The notes: generated from the letters alone by a model not told the origin. Positions 18,585-28,023 are shown, numbered from the stretch's first letter. The stretch: 33,811 nt of DNA from an uncultured Verrucomicrobiae bacterium (GCA_963788655.1 CAWBHS010000051.1:1-33811), one strand, 5' to 3'. Translations and numbers: made by a program.

Positions 18585-18787
18585 TGGGAACTAATTTTCT
18601 TGAGCTTCTTAAAGACATAACGACCATAAAAAATCAGGCCAACCCCGACGGCAAGTGACACGAGACCGAATCCGAGATTCGACATCGCCTGGGTATCCCG
18701 ATATTGTGCCAATTCCCAAAACCCAAACCCAAACGCCAGTAGTGTGGAGGCAATAATAAAAACAATGTGGAATGTCCTCAGAGACAT
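18581..18787 (-). CDS. Small two-TM membrane protein in the cox cluster
   Basis: MSLRTFHIVFI..; two hydrophobic helices and a basic tail; 4-nt overlap with the next gene. Confidence 0.8.
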   Translation of the reverse strand: MSLRTFHIVFIIASTLLAFGFGFWELAQYRDTQAMSNLGFGLVSLAVGVGLIFYGRYVFKKLKKISSQ

Positions 18788-18790
18788 AAA

Positions 18791-19153
18791 CTAGTGGGCG
18801 GGAAGATTGGTTGCCGCACGGGACGGAGGCTGCGTGCCATAATAGGCGGTTCCGTGCGGCACTTGCTGGCGCGACAACACGGTGAGATACATCAAGGCCG
18901 TAAAGAAAATAACGGCAGCTATCAAGATGGTGTAAATGGCTTTGCGTTCCGAGATTAAATGCATGAAGAACCCGGCCACCAGGAAGCCTTTGACCGTGGC
19001 GATGAACAAGGCAATGGTTACCGTTACCGCCATGCTGGCAAAATGCACGTAATACATCGCGACCGTCAGGATCGTGCCGACGAGCAAGCCAATGAAGACG
19101 CAGATGTAAATTTTAACTTGCCGGGAGAGATCGTGAGGATGGGTATCTGCCAT
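18791..19153 (-). CDS. ctaF: Cytochrome c oxidase subunit IV (prokaryotic type)
   Basis: MADTHPHD..YICVFIGLLVGTILTV..IATVKGFLVAGFFMHL; three TM helices. Confidence 0.9.
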   Translation of the reverse strand: MADTHPHDLSRQVKIYICVFIGLLVGTILTVAMYYVHFASMAVTVTIALFIATVKGFLVAGFFMHLISERKAIYTILIAAVIFFTALMYLTVLSRQQVPHGTAYYGTQPPSRAATNLPAH

Positions 19154-19164
19154 AATCTTTCTTA

Positions 19165-19990
19165 TTAGAGAAGATATAACACCGGAAACAGAAAAATCCA
19201 AATCAGGTCCACAAAGTGCCAAAAGAGTCCGGACACCTCCACGCGATTGGTGAAGCGTTCCGGATCTGTCTGCCACATCTTCGACCCCGGCCCCCACAGG
19301 TAACCAATCACCAAGGCGCCACCCAACACGTGCAACGCGTGCAGGGCCGTCAGTGTGAAATACAGCGCAAAATAAGTACCTGTGAGCCGGAACAAACGCC
19401 GCGAGCCGCTTGACGTTGGAGGTTTCAATTTCCACCTTTGGCCCGTGCGCGCTGTGCTCGCTGCCGCCCTCCTGGCCCGGTTTGGGGCGATGGGGATCCG
19501 CGTAATGATGGGCGTCCGGATGAAAGACAATCCGTTCGAGCTTTTTGTCCTTGAGGGTTCGGGTATTCCAGAACCAGGGGTTACCTTCGATGTGGCCGGT
19601 CATGCGCCGACCATCGGTCAGCCATACTTCGTAATGTTTGAACTTTGCGCTGTATTCGTACGATTTAATGGACAAAAAGCCAAGGGCACACAACAGGGTG
19701 ATGGCCTGCACCTTTTTAAACCGGGCGAAGTTGTTCATTTTCAGCGCAGCCCAGGATAGCACGACCGTCACGCTGGAAGTGATGAGAACCGCCGTATTGA
19801 ACGTGCCAATCGGGATATTTAGCAGGCCCCGGGGCCAGGTTCCAGGATCGGCGCCAACCCGCAGCAGGATGTAACCGGAAAAGAGGGCGCCGAATAACAT
19901 GACTTCGGAGGCCAGGAACAACCAGATGCCCAGTTTGGCATTGTATAGACCGGTATCCCGACGCAGTTCGACAATGTAGGGAATATCCAT
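19165..19990 (-). CDS. ctaE: Cytochrome c oxidase subunit III; one frameshift near 19380
   Basis: LGIWLFLASEVMLFGALF, NTAVLITSSVT (frame from 19990) and YFALYFTLTALHALHV..GLFWHFVDLIWIFLFPVLYL (19165-19530); removing one G at CACAGGTACT gives PAHSTYF. Confidence 0.93.
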
Positions 19991-19996
19991 GAAAGA

Positions 19997-21856
19997 CTAG
20001 TGTTTGGGTGATTCGATCACCGCGTTCTGCGGCGTGAAATCGGTGGGTTGCCCCGGGAGGGAGTACTCATAAGGCCCGCGATGAATTTCCAGCGGTTGCG
20101 TGAAATTGCCGTGAGGCGGGGGGGTGGGGGTTTGCCATTCGAGCGTGGTGGCTCCCCATGGGTTGTTCGATTCGGCCTTGCGGCCGTGCCGAATGCTCCA
20201 AAAGAGATTGATGATAAACGGAATCTGGGCAACTCCCAAAAACCACGCGGCTACGGAAATCCATTCGTTGGCGTGAATCACGGTCGCGTTCAAGACCCCC
20301 ATCATGCCCGATGTGTTCGCTTCGTTATAGACCGAGTAGGAAATGCCTCCGTCCGCCATGCGGCGCGACATTCCCGCCATGCCTTGCAGGAACATGGGCT
20401 GGAAAATCAAGTTCATGAAAATAAACGAAAGCCAGAAATGCACCTTTCCCCAGTAGTCGTTCATGAACCGACCGGTCAGTTTGGGAAACCAATGATAAAT
20501 ACCCGCGAATAGCGCAAAGATCGTACCGGGTGCCACCACGTAGTGAAAATGGCCAATCACGTAATACGTGTCGTGCAAATGAATGTCGCTGACGCTGAGC
20601 CCCAACGGAAGCCCCGTCAAACCGCCGATACCGAACATGGGCAGAAAGGCCAGGGCAAACAACATTTGCGTGTTGAAACGGATGGAACCGCCCCACAGGG
20701 AAATAAACAGGCAGGTGAGAATGATGACCGAGGGGATGGAAATCAGCATGGTGGTGGTCTGGAAGAACGCACTGATTTTCGTGCCCATGCCGGTGAGATA
20801 CATGTGGTGAGCCCAAACGATGAAGGAGAGAAAGCCGATTGCCAGCGACGAATAGACGAGCGACTTGTAACCCCAAATCGGCTTGCGGATGTTATTCGTC
20901 AGCACTTCCGCCACGATTCCCATTGCGGGCAGGATCAAGACATAAACCTCGGGATGTCCGAGAAACCAAAACAAATGCTGCCACAGCAAGGGATTGCCCC
21001 CGCCGCTGAGGTGGGCTCCGCCAGAAACCGCCAAGCCCGTTGGCAGAAAGAAACTGGTTCCGAACACATTATCCATCAATTGCATTACCGCGGCCGCTTC
21101 CAGGGGCGGGAAGGCCAGCAATAGGAGAAACGAGGTGACAAACTGCGCCCAAACAAAAAAGGGCAGCCGCATCCAGGTCATGCCCGGCGCCCGGAGTTGA
21201 ATGACCGTGGCGATAAAATTGACGGAACCCAAGAGGGACGAGGTGATCAAGAAGACCATCCCGATGATCCACATCGTTTGGCCATTGATCGGATGCACCG
21301 TATCGGCCAGCGTGGCCAGCGGTGAATAGGACGTCCACCCTGACTTCGCCGCGCCCCCGGGAATAAAGAAACTGGACAGCATGATGACCCCACCCAGGAA
21401 ATAGCTTTGATAGCTGGCCATGTTGAGTCGGGGAAAGGCCATGTCCGGCGCGCCAATTTGCAGCGGCATTACGTAATTGCCAAACGCGGCAAATGCCAGC
21501 GGCACCACCGCCAAAAACACCATGATGGTGCCATGCATGGCGCCGAAGGCGTTATACAAGTCCGGCATGATGATCCCGCCGGCTGCCACGTCCTTGCCCA
21601 GCAAGGATTCCAACAGTGGACCGACCAACGGCACCGCGCGTCCGGGAAAGGCCAGTTGCCAACGCATCAGCATCATCAGAAAAAAACCGAACAGCATAAA
21701 CGACAGCGCGGTGATGCCGTATTGAACGCCGATCATTTTGTGATCGGTGGAGAAGATGTACGTCCGCCAGAAACTTGTGGGTTCGTGAACGTCGGCGTGA
21801 GCTTCCGGTAACTCGGCCACGCCGATGATGGGTTCTATCGCTCGTTCGTGATTCAA
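19997..21856 (-). CDS. ctaD: Cytochrome c oxidase subunit I, A1-type motif, atypical K-channel
   Basis: STDHKMIG, MHGTIM, APDMAFPRLN, WFLGHPEVY, VWAHHM, HDTYYVIGHFHY, GMSRR. Confidence 0.97.
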   Translation of the reverse strand: MNHERAIEPIIGVAELPEAHADVHEPTSFWRTYIFSTDHKMIGVQYGITALSFMLFGFFLMMLMRWQLAFPGRAVPLVGPLLESLLGKDVAAGGIIMPDLYNAFGAMHGTIMVFLAVVPLAFAAFGNYVMPLQIGAPDMAFPRLNMASYQSYFLGGVIMLSSFFIPGGAAKSGWTSYSPLATLADTVHPINGQTMWIIGMVFLITSSLLGSVNFIATVIQLRAPGMTWMRLPFFVWAQFVTSFLLLLAFPPLEAAAVMQLMDNVFGTSFFLPTGLAVSGGAHLSGGGNPLLWQHLFWFLGHPEVYVLILPAMGIVAEVLTNNIRKPIWGYKSLVYSSLAIGFLSFIVWAHHMYLTGMGTKISAFFQTTTMLISIPSVIILTCLFISLWGGSIRFNTQMLFALAFLPMFGIGGLTGLPLGLSVSDIHLHDTYYVIGHFHYVVAPGTIFALFAGIYHWFPKLTGRFMNDYWGKVHFWLSFIFMNLIFQPMFLQGMAGMSRRMADGGISYSVYNEANTSGMMGVLNATVIHANEWISVAAWFLGVAQIPFIINLFWSIRHGRKAESNNPWGATTLEWQTPTPPPHGNFTQPLEIHRGPYEYSLPGQPTDFTPQNAVIESPKH

Positions 21857-21938
21857 ATCGACTTAAGTTGATGGTTAATCAAGGGAATGTATGGCAAACG
21901 CCGCGCGCCTGTCAATGAAGCCATGAAGCCGGTTCTCA

Positions 21939-22844
21939 TTAGAGTTTCGCCTTGTCCAATACCAGTACGCCGAACAAGAGCGGCAGATAAAGAATGGACA
22001 TCCAAAACAGCCGGCGGGACAGCGGTAACGTGAGCTGACGCGCGAACTGTGCCGCCGTCCCGGCAAAAGCCAATCCCAGAATCAAAGCGCTTACGAGATA
22101 GGGCAGACCGGCCGTGCCGAAGAAGACGGGCACCAGGCTGACCGGAATCAACAAGCTCGCAAAGACTACTGCCCACCGGCCCGTCAGTTTGCCCGTCTCA
22201 TCGTGAACCGATAACATTTTAAATCCGGCTTTTTGGTAATCGTTACGATAGAGCCAGGCAATTGCCAGAAAGTGTGGAATCTGCCAACAAAATTGGATGG
22301 CGAACAGTGAAGCGGCTTCCCAGGTGATCGCATTTCGAGCGGCGACCCAGCCCATTAACGGCGGCAACGCGCCCGGAACGGCGCCCACCACGGTGTTCAA
22401 CCAAGTCACGCGCTTGAGCGGGGTGTAAATGAATAGGTAAATGAACCATGTCAGGCCTCCCAGCAAACCGGTCATCGGATTGACCAGCACCGTTAGGTAA
22501 CCCAAACCCAACGCCGAGCTGATCGCGCCAAATGCCAGCACGGTTTCCGGCTGCACTTGACCGGCGGGCAAAGGTCGGCTCTGCGTGCGGGCCATGCGGG
22601 CATCGAGATCTCGTTCCAGAAGCTGGTTCAAGGCCGCCGCGCCGCCGGCAATGAGGCCCGTGCCCATCAACAAGTGCAACATCAGGGCAAAATCCACCCC
22701 GCCCAAGCTGCCCAGATAAAAGCCCATCGAGGCGGTCAACAACACCAGAAAGGTCAGCCGCGCCTTGACCAAGTCGGCGTAGATCGAGATCCAGGATCGT
22801 TCGGTGACCGCGGCGGCACTGAGGGTGTCGGCGGTGGCTTTCAT
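21939..22844 (-). CDS. ctaB: Protoheme IX farnesyltransferase (heme O synthase)
   Basis: LNQLLERDLDARMARTQSRPLP, YTPLKR, GAVPGALPPLMGW, WQIPHF. Confidence 0.96.
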   Translation of the reverse strand: MKATADTLSAAAVTERSWISIYADLVKARLTFLVLLTASMGFYLGSLGGVDFALMLHLLMGTGLIAGGAAALNQLLERDLDARMARTQSRPLPAGQVQPETVLAFGAISSALGLGYLTVLVNPMTGLLGGLTWFIYLFIYTPLKRVTWLNTVVGAVPGALPPLMGWVAARNAITWEAASLFAIQFCWQIPHFLAIAWLYRNDYQKAGFKMLSVHDETGKLTGRWAVVFASLLIPVSLVPVFFGTAGLPYLVSALILGLAFAGTAAQFARQLTLPLSRRLFWMSILYLPLLFGVLVLDKAKL

Positions 22845-22857
22845 GCGAGAATAGTCT

Positions 22858-23925
22858 TCATGCGGGTAATTGATACTGATTACTGCCGGCATCGGCCTGC
22901 GGTTCGGTCATCCTATTGGCGACGAATGAGGTTGCCGGCGACGGATGACACTGCCGCGCGCGCAACCACAAGAACACTCCGACGACCAACGACGAGGCCC
23001 CCACGGCTACGTGCAGCGTGGCGATGTCGGCCGATTTATTGGTCCATACCGTGGCGGCACCCAGGCACACTTGCACGACAATCAGTCCCAGCCACAGCAG
23101 CGCGGTGCGCGGCAGTCCGCTTTGCCGGTCGGCGTTTTGGAAGGTCCAACGGACGGACAAAAACACGCCCACTAGAATGCATAGCGCCACCAGACGATGG
23201 ATCATGTGCAGAACCACTTGGAAAGCGGTGATGGGATTCAGCGCCATCAGTTCATTGCGACTTTCGTTGTAATGCTCGATGGCAGCCGGTGAGACGTCCG
23301 GCCAGACTTTGCCATAGGCCAGTGGGAAATCCGGGACCGCCAGCCCCGCGTGTTGATGACGCATCGTCGCGCCAATGATCAATTGCAGCAGGATGATCCC
23401 GGCGGTTACGCCGTAAGCCAGACGCAATTTGCTGGCGTGAGTAATTTCCGGCCGATTGGCCGTGAGTTTCCGCCAATTCGGTGAGGTGACCAAAGCGATG
23501 GCGCTCATGAGTACCAGGAACAACTGTGCCAGCGTCGCGTGAAAAATCCCCAGCGAGTCCATCATTTCCGTTACGCGCAGCCCGCCTAACACGCCTTGAA
23601 CGATCACCAGCAACACCGCCACAATGCCCAACCAGCGAAGCCAGCGCCGTGATTCTTTCAACCAAAGCCAGACGGCCAAAATGATGGTCAGCATACCGGC
23701 CACCGAAGCCACCAGCCGGTGGGTGTGTTCGTAGAATACGCCGCCCGTCCACAGGGAAATGGGAAAGAAGAACATGTTGTACCCATACGTCGTGGGCCAA
23801 TCCGGCACCGCCATGCCGGCGCCATGGCTGGTCACCAATCCTCCGACGCATACCAGCGCCAGGGTCCACAGCGCGACGCCGATCGCAAACCAGTGCAGGC
23901 CGCGGTGGTAGGCGTTACTCCTCAT
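22858..23925 (-). CDS. ctaA: Heme A synthase (COX15/CtaA family)
   Basis: GGLVTSHGAGMAVPDWP, EHTHR, QGVLGGLRV, GIFHA, HMIHR, ATLHV. Confidence 0.93.
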   Translation of the reverse strand: MRSNAYHRGLHWFAIGVALWTLALVCVGGLVTSHGAGMAVPDWPTTYGYNMFFFPISLWTGGVFYEHTHRLVASVAGMLTIILAVWLWLKESRRWLRWLGIVAVLLVIVQGVLGGLRVTEMMDSLGIFHATLAQLFLVLMSAIALVTSPNWRKLTANRPEITHASKLRLAYGVTAGIILLQLIIGATMRHQHAGLAVPDFPLAYGKVWPDVSPAAIEHYNESRNELMALNPITAFQVVLHMIHRLVALCILVGVFLSVRWTFQNADRQSGLPRTALLWLGLIVVQVCLGAATVWTNKSADIATLHVAVGASSLVVGVFLWLRARQCHPSPATSFVANRMTEPQADAGSNQYQLPA

Positions 23926-24026
23926 GAAGTAACCTCCGATTGCTGCTTTTAAAGCATTTCATTTGCACCTCGTATTGATGGGCGCGACCGCTGTGAACGC
24001 CGGACGGTCCGCCAGGGAGTTAACGC

Positions 24027-24737
24027 TTATTTGCGCTTGGGGGGTTCGAACGTGAAATTGATTTGTTTCGTGTCATCCGCGCCGACGGTGATTTCCTGGG
24101 TCTGCTTGCCCGCCTTCAAATGATAGGCCTCGATCGTATATTTGCCCGCCGGCAGATTGGAAATCTTGTAATGACCTTCCTGGTCAGTCACGGAAAAGAA
24201 CGGATGATCCACGACCCCCACGTAAGCGAACATCCATATATGGACGTCGCACTTGAACTTCACCATCACTTCCTGATGGTCAAAGACCTTGGTGCTGGTC
24301 TGGCCTTTGACCACCTGGGCCAGATTGAAGCGCTGGTTCTTGTTGGCCTGGCAATCCACGTTGTGCAAAAATGGATCCGAATTCACAATCTTCAGCGGTT
24401 GCCCTGTCTGAATGCCCTGTACGTAGGGAACGTATTCGCAACCTTTTTGGTCCAATTCGGCCGGCTTGGTCGGAGGATCGTACTTGCCGGTAACCCCTTT
24501 CTTGATCCACACAAATACGTTGGCCAGCCCGCCGTCCGGACTTACCACGTAATGCCGGGTCGTAATCTTCTCCGGCTGAACTTTGCTGCACTTTTCATCC
24601 AACGGAATGGGGATTTCGGGCGGCGGAGTTCCGCGGAGTGTGACTTTGCCGGTAAGCTCCGCGCCAATGGCTGGTGGCAAAACAGTGATCACTGCCAGCA
24701 CCGCCAGCAGCCGGATTTTCTTCGTAGTTACAATCAT
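24027..24737 (-). CDS. Exported protein with cupredoxin-like core and carboxypeptidase-regulatory-like (Ig-fold) C-terminus
   Basis: Signal peptide; LDQKGCEYVP, NSDPFLHNV, KCDVHIWM (candidate Cu ligands H..C..H..M), TDQEGHYKISNLPAGKYTI. Confidence 0.8.
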   Translation of the reverse strand: MIVTTKKIRLLAVLAVITVLPPAIGAELTGKVTLRGTPPPEIPIPLDEKCSKVQPEKITTRHYVVSPDGGLANVFVWIKKGVTGKYDPPTKPAELDQKGCEYVPYVQGIQTGQPLKIVNSDPFLHNVDCQANKNQRFNLAQVVKGQTSTKVFDHQEVMVKFKCDVHIWMFAYVGVVDHPFFSVTDQEGHYKISNLPAGKYTIEAYHLKAGKQTQEITVGADDTKQINFTFEPPKRK

Positions 24738-24934
24738 GTCTCGTATTAAAAAACGTGGTGCAAAGTTAGCAAACCCCCCACCGGCTTGCAAGTGGTTTTA
24801 ACCAAGATTAATACAGAGCATGGAATATTCTCCGGCGGTACGCCGACCGGAGTGCGTTTTTCGCGAACTATTGGCGGTTTTTTTGCCGTGAAAGAAAGTC
24901 GATGCGAGCGCGGCTGCCGAACCGCGCACCGCGC

Positions 24935-25140
24935 CTGGAGTGCGCGGACCTTGCCACACATTCGACCCTCGCCAAACGGGCCAAGCCTGGCATAGCCCTC
25001 GTAGGAATTCGAACACGGTTCCCCGTGCGAAAGCGCCGGCAAGTCGGGCGCAGTGCCAAACGCTGGCGCGACTTTTCGGCTGGTCCTGTTAAATCACGCG
25101 CCCGCGTTTGGAGGGCGCGGAGCTTGCTCCCGCTTTCGTT
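24935..25140. repeat. Cluster of degenerate REP-like elements (TGGAGTGCGC../..GCGCACTCCA type)
   Basis: ctggagtgcgcggaccttgcc; aaagcgccggcaagtcgggcgcagtgccaaa (inverted copy); ttggagggcgcggagcttgctcccgctttc. Confidence 0.55.
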
Positions 25141-25201
25141 GGATCGGGAGAAGCCGCGGTTCAGTCTGACGGCCCAGTGCCAAGCGCCTGGCGGTGAATT
25201 C

Positions 25202-25705
25202 CTATCGGTCCGTGCGGCGGCGAGGCGCGGTGCCGTCAGGCAACGTTGCCATGACCCTTGCCATGGTCACTGCGGTATGGGCGGCTTCGGTCCCGCGATT
25301 GTGGGCCGGATCCAAACATCGTTCGACAGCTTGTTGCTGATTTTCCAGAAGCAGCACCTCGTGAATGACCGGGATCCCGTGTTGCACCTGAATCTGCATC
25401 AGCGCTTGACTGACCGCTTCGCCGATGTGCTGGGCGTGCGTGGTGGCCCCGCGAATAATCACGCCCAGGCAGATCATCGCCGCGAACGGTTTTCCGGTAG
25501 CCTGCGCCAATCGGCCGGCCACCACCGGGATTTCAAACGCACCTGGCACGCGGATGACCGTCACCTCCGCTGCGCCGGCGCGGTTCAATTCCGCCTTGGC
25601 CGCGCGCAACATGGCGTCCACGTAGCGGGCATTGTATTTGGAGGCGACAATGGCAAACCGGCCGCCTTGGACACCCTTGACCGTGGTTTTGACTTTTCGG
25701 AGCAT
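25202..25705 (-). CDS. ribH: 6,7-dimethyl-8-ribityllumazine synthase
   Basis: FAIVASKYN, VPGAFEIP, CLGVIIRGATTH, NRGTEAA; directly downstream of ribBA. Confidence 0.95.
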   Translation of the reverse strand: MLRKVKTTVKGVQGGRFAIVASKYNARYVDAMLRAAKAELNRAGAAEVTVIRVPGAFEIPVVAGRLAQATGKPFAAMICLGVIIRGATTHAQHIGEAVSQALMQIQVQHGIPVIHEVLLLENQQQAVERCLDPAHNRGTEAAHTAVTMARVMATLPDGTAPRRRTDR

Positions 25706-25750
25706 GATTATGAATGAGCGAATTTGAGAGGCATTACCGTCCCACCGAGA

Positions 25751-26951
25751 CTAAATGAGATGGCCCAGTTTACGGCGCTTGGTATCGAGGTATTTGCGAT
25801 TGTGCGGATTGGGTTTGACGCGGATGGGCTCCTGCTTGGTCACGATCAAACCGTAGCCCTCCAGGCCCACGATCTTCTTGGGATTGTTCGTCAGCAAACG
25901 GATGGTTTTCAGCCCCAAATCAACCAGGATTTGTGCTCCGAGGCCGTATTCGCGCAGGTCCATTTTGTAGCCCAGTTTCAAATTGGCCTCCACCGTGTCG
26001 TAGCCCAGTTCCTGCAACTTGTAAGCCTGGATTTTTGGCGCCAAACCGATGCCCCGGCCTTCCTGCCGCATGTACAGAATAACGCCCGCTCCTTCCTTGG
26101 AAATCTGGCGCATGGCCTGATGCAGTTGCGCGCCGCAGTCACAGCGTCGGGAACCGAACACGTCGCCGGTAAGGCATTCGCTATGGACCCGCACCAACAC
26201 GTCCTTTTTACTGGCTACCTCGCCTTTCACCAGGGCCAGGTGATACTGGTTGTCCACCGTGGAAAGATACAAGTGCAGGTTGAAGTCGCCGTAATCGGTG
26301 GGCAGCTTGACCACTTCAATCATCTGAACCAGCTTCTCCCGCGTGCGGCGATACTTGATCAACTCTTCGATGGCAAAGATCTTCAACTTGTGCCGCCGGG
26401 CGAACCGCCGCAATTCGGGCAGCCGCGCCATGGAACCGTCTTCGCTGAGAACTTCGCAAATCACGCCGATGGGACGGGCGCCCGCCAACGTGACCAAATC
26501 AACGGCCGCCTCCGTATGGCCGGCTCGTTGCAACACCCCGCCCAGCTTGGCTTGCAGCGGAAACACATGGCCCGGTTGCACCAGGTCTTCGGGGACGGCG
26601 GTGGGCTTGGCCATAACCTGGATGGTGCGGGCCCGGTCGGCGGCACTGATCCCGGTGGTAATGCCTTCCGCCGCATCCACGCTGACCTGAAAATCGGTTT
26701 TGAAGGTTTCCCGGTTCTGCACCACCATGCGTTCGACCCCGAGTTGCTTGAGCCGCTCGGCGGTGGTCGGCACGCAGATCAAACCGCGACCGTATTTCGC
26801 CATGAAATTGATGGCCTGCGGCGTGGCGTATTGGCCCGCCATGATCAAGTCGCCTTCATTCTCGCGGTCCGCGTCATCCACCACGATGCACCATCTTGCC
26901 TTGCTGCAAGTCGGCTACCACGGACTCAATGGAATCAAATTTCTTCTTCAT
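25751..26951 (-). CDS. ribBA: Bifunctional DHBP synthase / GTP cyclohydrolase II; frameshift near 26889
   Basis: DDADRENEGD, GITTGISAADR, RAGHTEA, RVHSECLTGDVFGSRRCDCG, QEGRGIGL, TNNPKK; the N-terminus MKKKFDSIESVVADLQQGKMV from ATG 26951 is one base out of frame. Confidence 0.96.
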
Positions 26952-27082
26952 CAGATGGGGGTGAGTGTAATCGAAGCGCCACCGGGAGCGACAACAAATA
27001 ACGCTGTGGCTCCTGGATCGTGCTTGCATTTGGCCGGTCGGGCCGGTTGATTTCGCCCATTACTTGAACCCAATAATTGACT

Positions 27083-27730
27083 ATGAGAAAGACATCTTTA
27101 CTTAACCTTCTGGTTTCCACCTTGGTCCTCTGCCTGACGGCGAATTGCGTGTGGGGGGCGGACGTTGACCGCAAAAGCGACGAGTTCCGCAAGAAATTCC
27201 TCGAGAACTTCCACCGCATCGGCCTCAACACCACCCCGGGCGACGCCATGATGCTGCAAATCCTGGTGGAAAGCTCCCACGCCAAACGGGGGGTCGAAGT
27301 CGGTACCGCCACCGGCTACGGCGCCTTGCACATGGGGCTCGCGTTCGAGCGCACCGGCGGGCATTTGGACACGGTGGATATTGATCCGAACATGGTCGCC
27401 AAAGCCCGCGAGAACCTGAAGGCAGTTCGATTGGAAGACACTGTGACGGTCATTCAAGGTGACGCACTCAAAGTACTGCCCAAGCTCACCGGTGACTATG
27501 ATTTTGTTTTCATCGACGCGTTGAAGCAGGACTATTTCAAATACTTCCAGGCCCTCAGCCCCCGGCTCAAACCCGGGGCCGTCATCGTGGCGGACAACGT
27601 CATCCAGAGCGCCAACCAAATGCGCGACTTTCTCGGGTTCATGGAAAAGAGTCCGGATTACGATCTGGTCATCATTCGCTGCTCGCTGGAAAAGCGCGAC
27701 GGCATGGCAGTCATATACAAACTTCGCTGA
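27083..27730 (+). CDS. Class I SAM-dependent O-methyltransferase (caffeoyl-CoA OMT/YrrM-like) with a predicted signal peptide
   Basis: VEVGTATGYGA, TVDID, QGDAL, YDFVFIDALK, LKPGAVIVADNV; N-terminus MRKTSLLNLLVSTLVLCLTANCVWGA. Confidence 0.9.
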   Translation: MRKTSLLNLLVSTLVLCLTANCVWGADVDRKSDEFRKKFLENFHRIGLNTTPGDAMMLQILVESSHAKRGVEVGTATGYGALHMGLAFERTGGHLDTVDIDPNMVAKARENLKAVRLEDTVTVIQGDALKVLPKLTGDYDFVFIDALKQDYFKYFQALSPRLKPGAVIVADNVIQSANQMRDFLGFMEKSPDYDLVIIRCSLEKRDGMAVIYKLR

Positions 27731-27802
27731 AGCTGCACGAAGCGGCTAACGGGCCGTTTATTCAGTGCCAGTTTCGAAAACCCGTAATATTGCACACCCG
27801 CT

Positions 27803-27872
27803 GTAGCCGCCGACGTGAGGAGGCGAACTCGACACATCTGACCGTGTTCCGCCTCCTCACGTCGGCGGCTAC
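27803..27872. repeat. GTAG-type REP doublet, 23-bp perfect inverted repeat
   Basis: gtagccgccgacgtgaggaggcg (27803-27825) and cgcctcctcacgtcggcggctac (27850-27872). Confidence 0.9.
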
Positions 27873-28023
27873 GGGTTTTCGGCGCTTACGCGGCGTGCGA
27901 AAAACCCGAGCACGGGCCGCCGTATCGCATATTCTCGAAATCCGCGGCCCATTTGAATCGGCGAGCGGCGCGTATATCAGTTTTGCGCTACCACGGCGTT
28001 CCCTATCTGCGTAACATGGGGCC

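Noticed and set aside
18791..19990. 399-aa ORF suggesting a cox subunit III-IV fusion
   Set aside because: Artefact of the frameshift near 19380; the true subunit III C-terminus is in another frame with its own stop at 19165, and subunit IV has its own ATG at 19153.
21868..21882. FNR-like box TTGAT-GGTTA-ATCAA upstream of subunit I
   Set aside because: Spacer is 5 nt rather than 4, it sits about 12 nt from the start codon inside the operon, and no promoter is evident.
25724..27001. 425-aa plus-strand ORF and other long antisense ORFs (4516-5340, 5590-6345, 24063-24749, 24902-25717)
   Set aside because: Shadow frames of recognisable opposite-strand genes, expected in GC-rich DNA; no motifs of their own.
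26952..27082. FMN riboswitch upstream of ribBA
   Set aside because: The ~130-nt divergent intergenic region lacks recognisable RFN conserved blocks.
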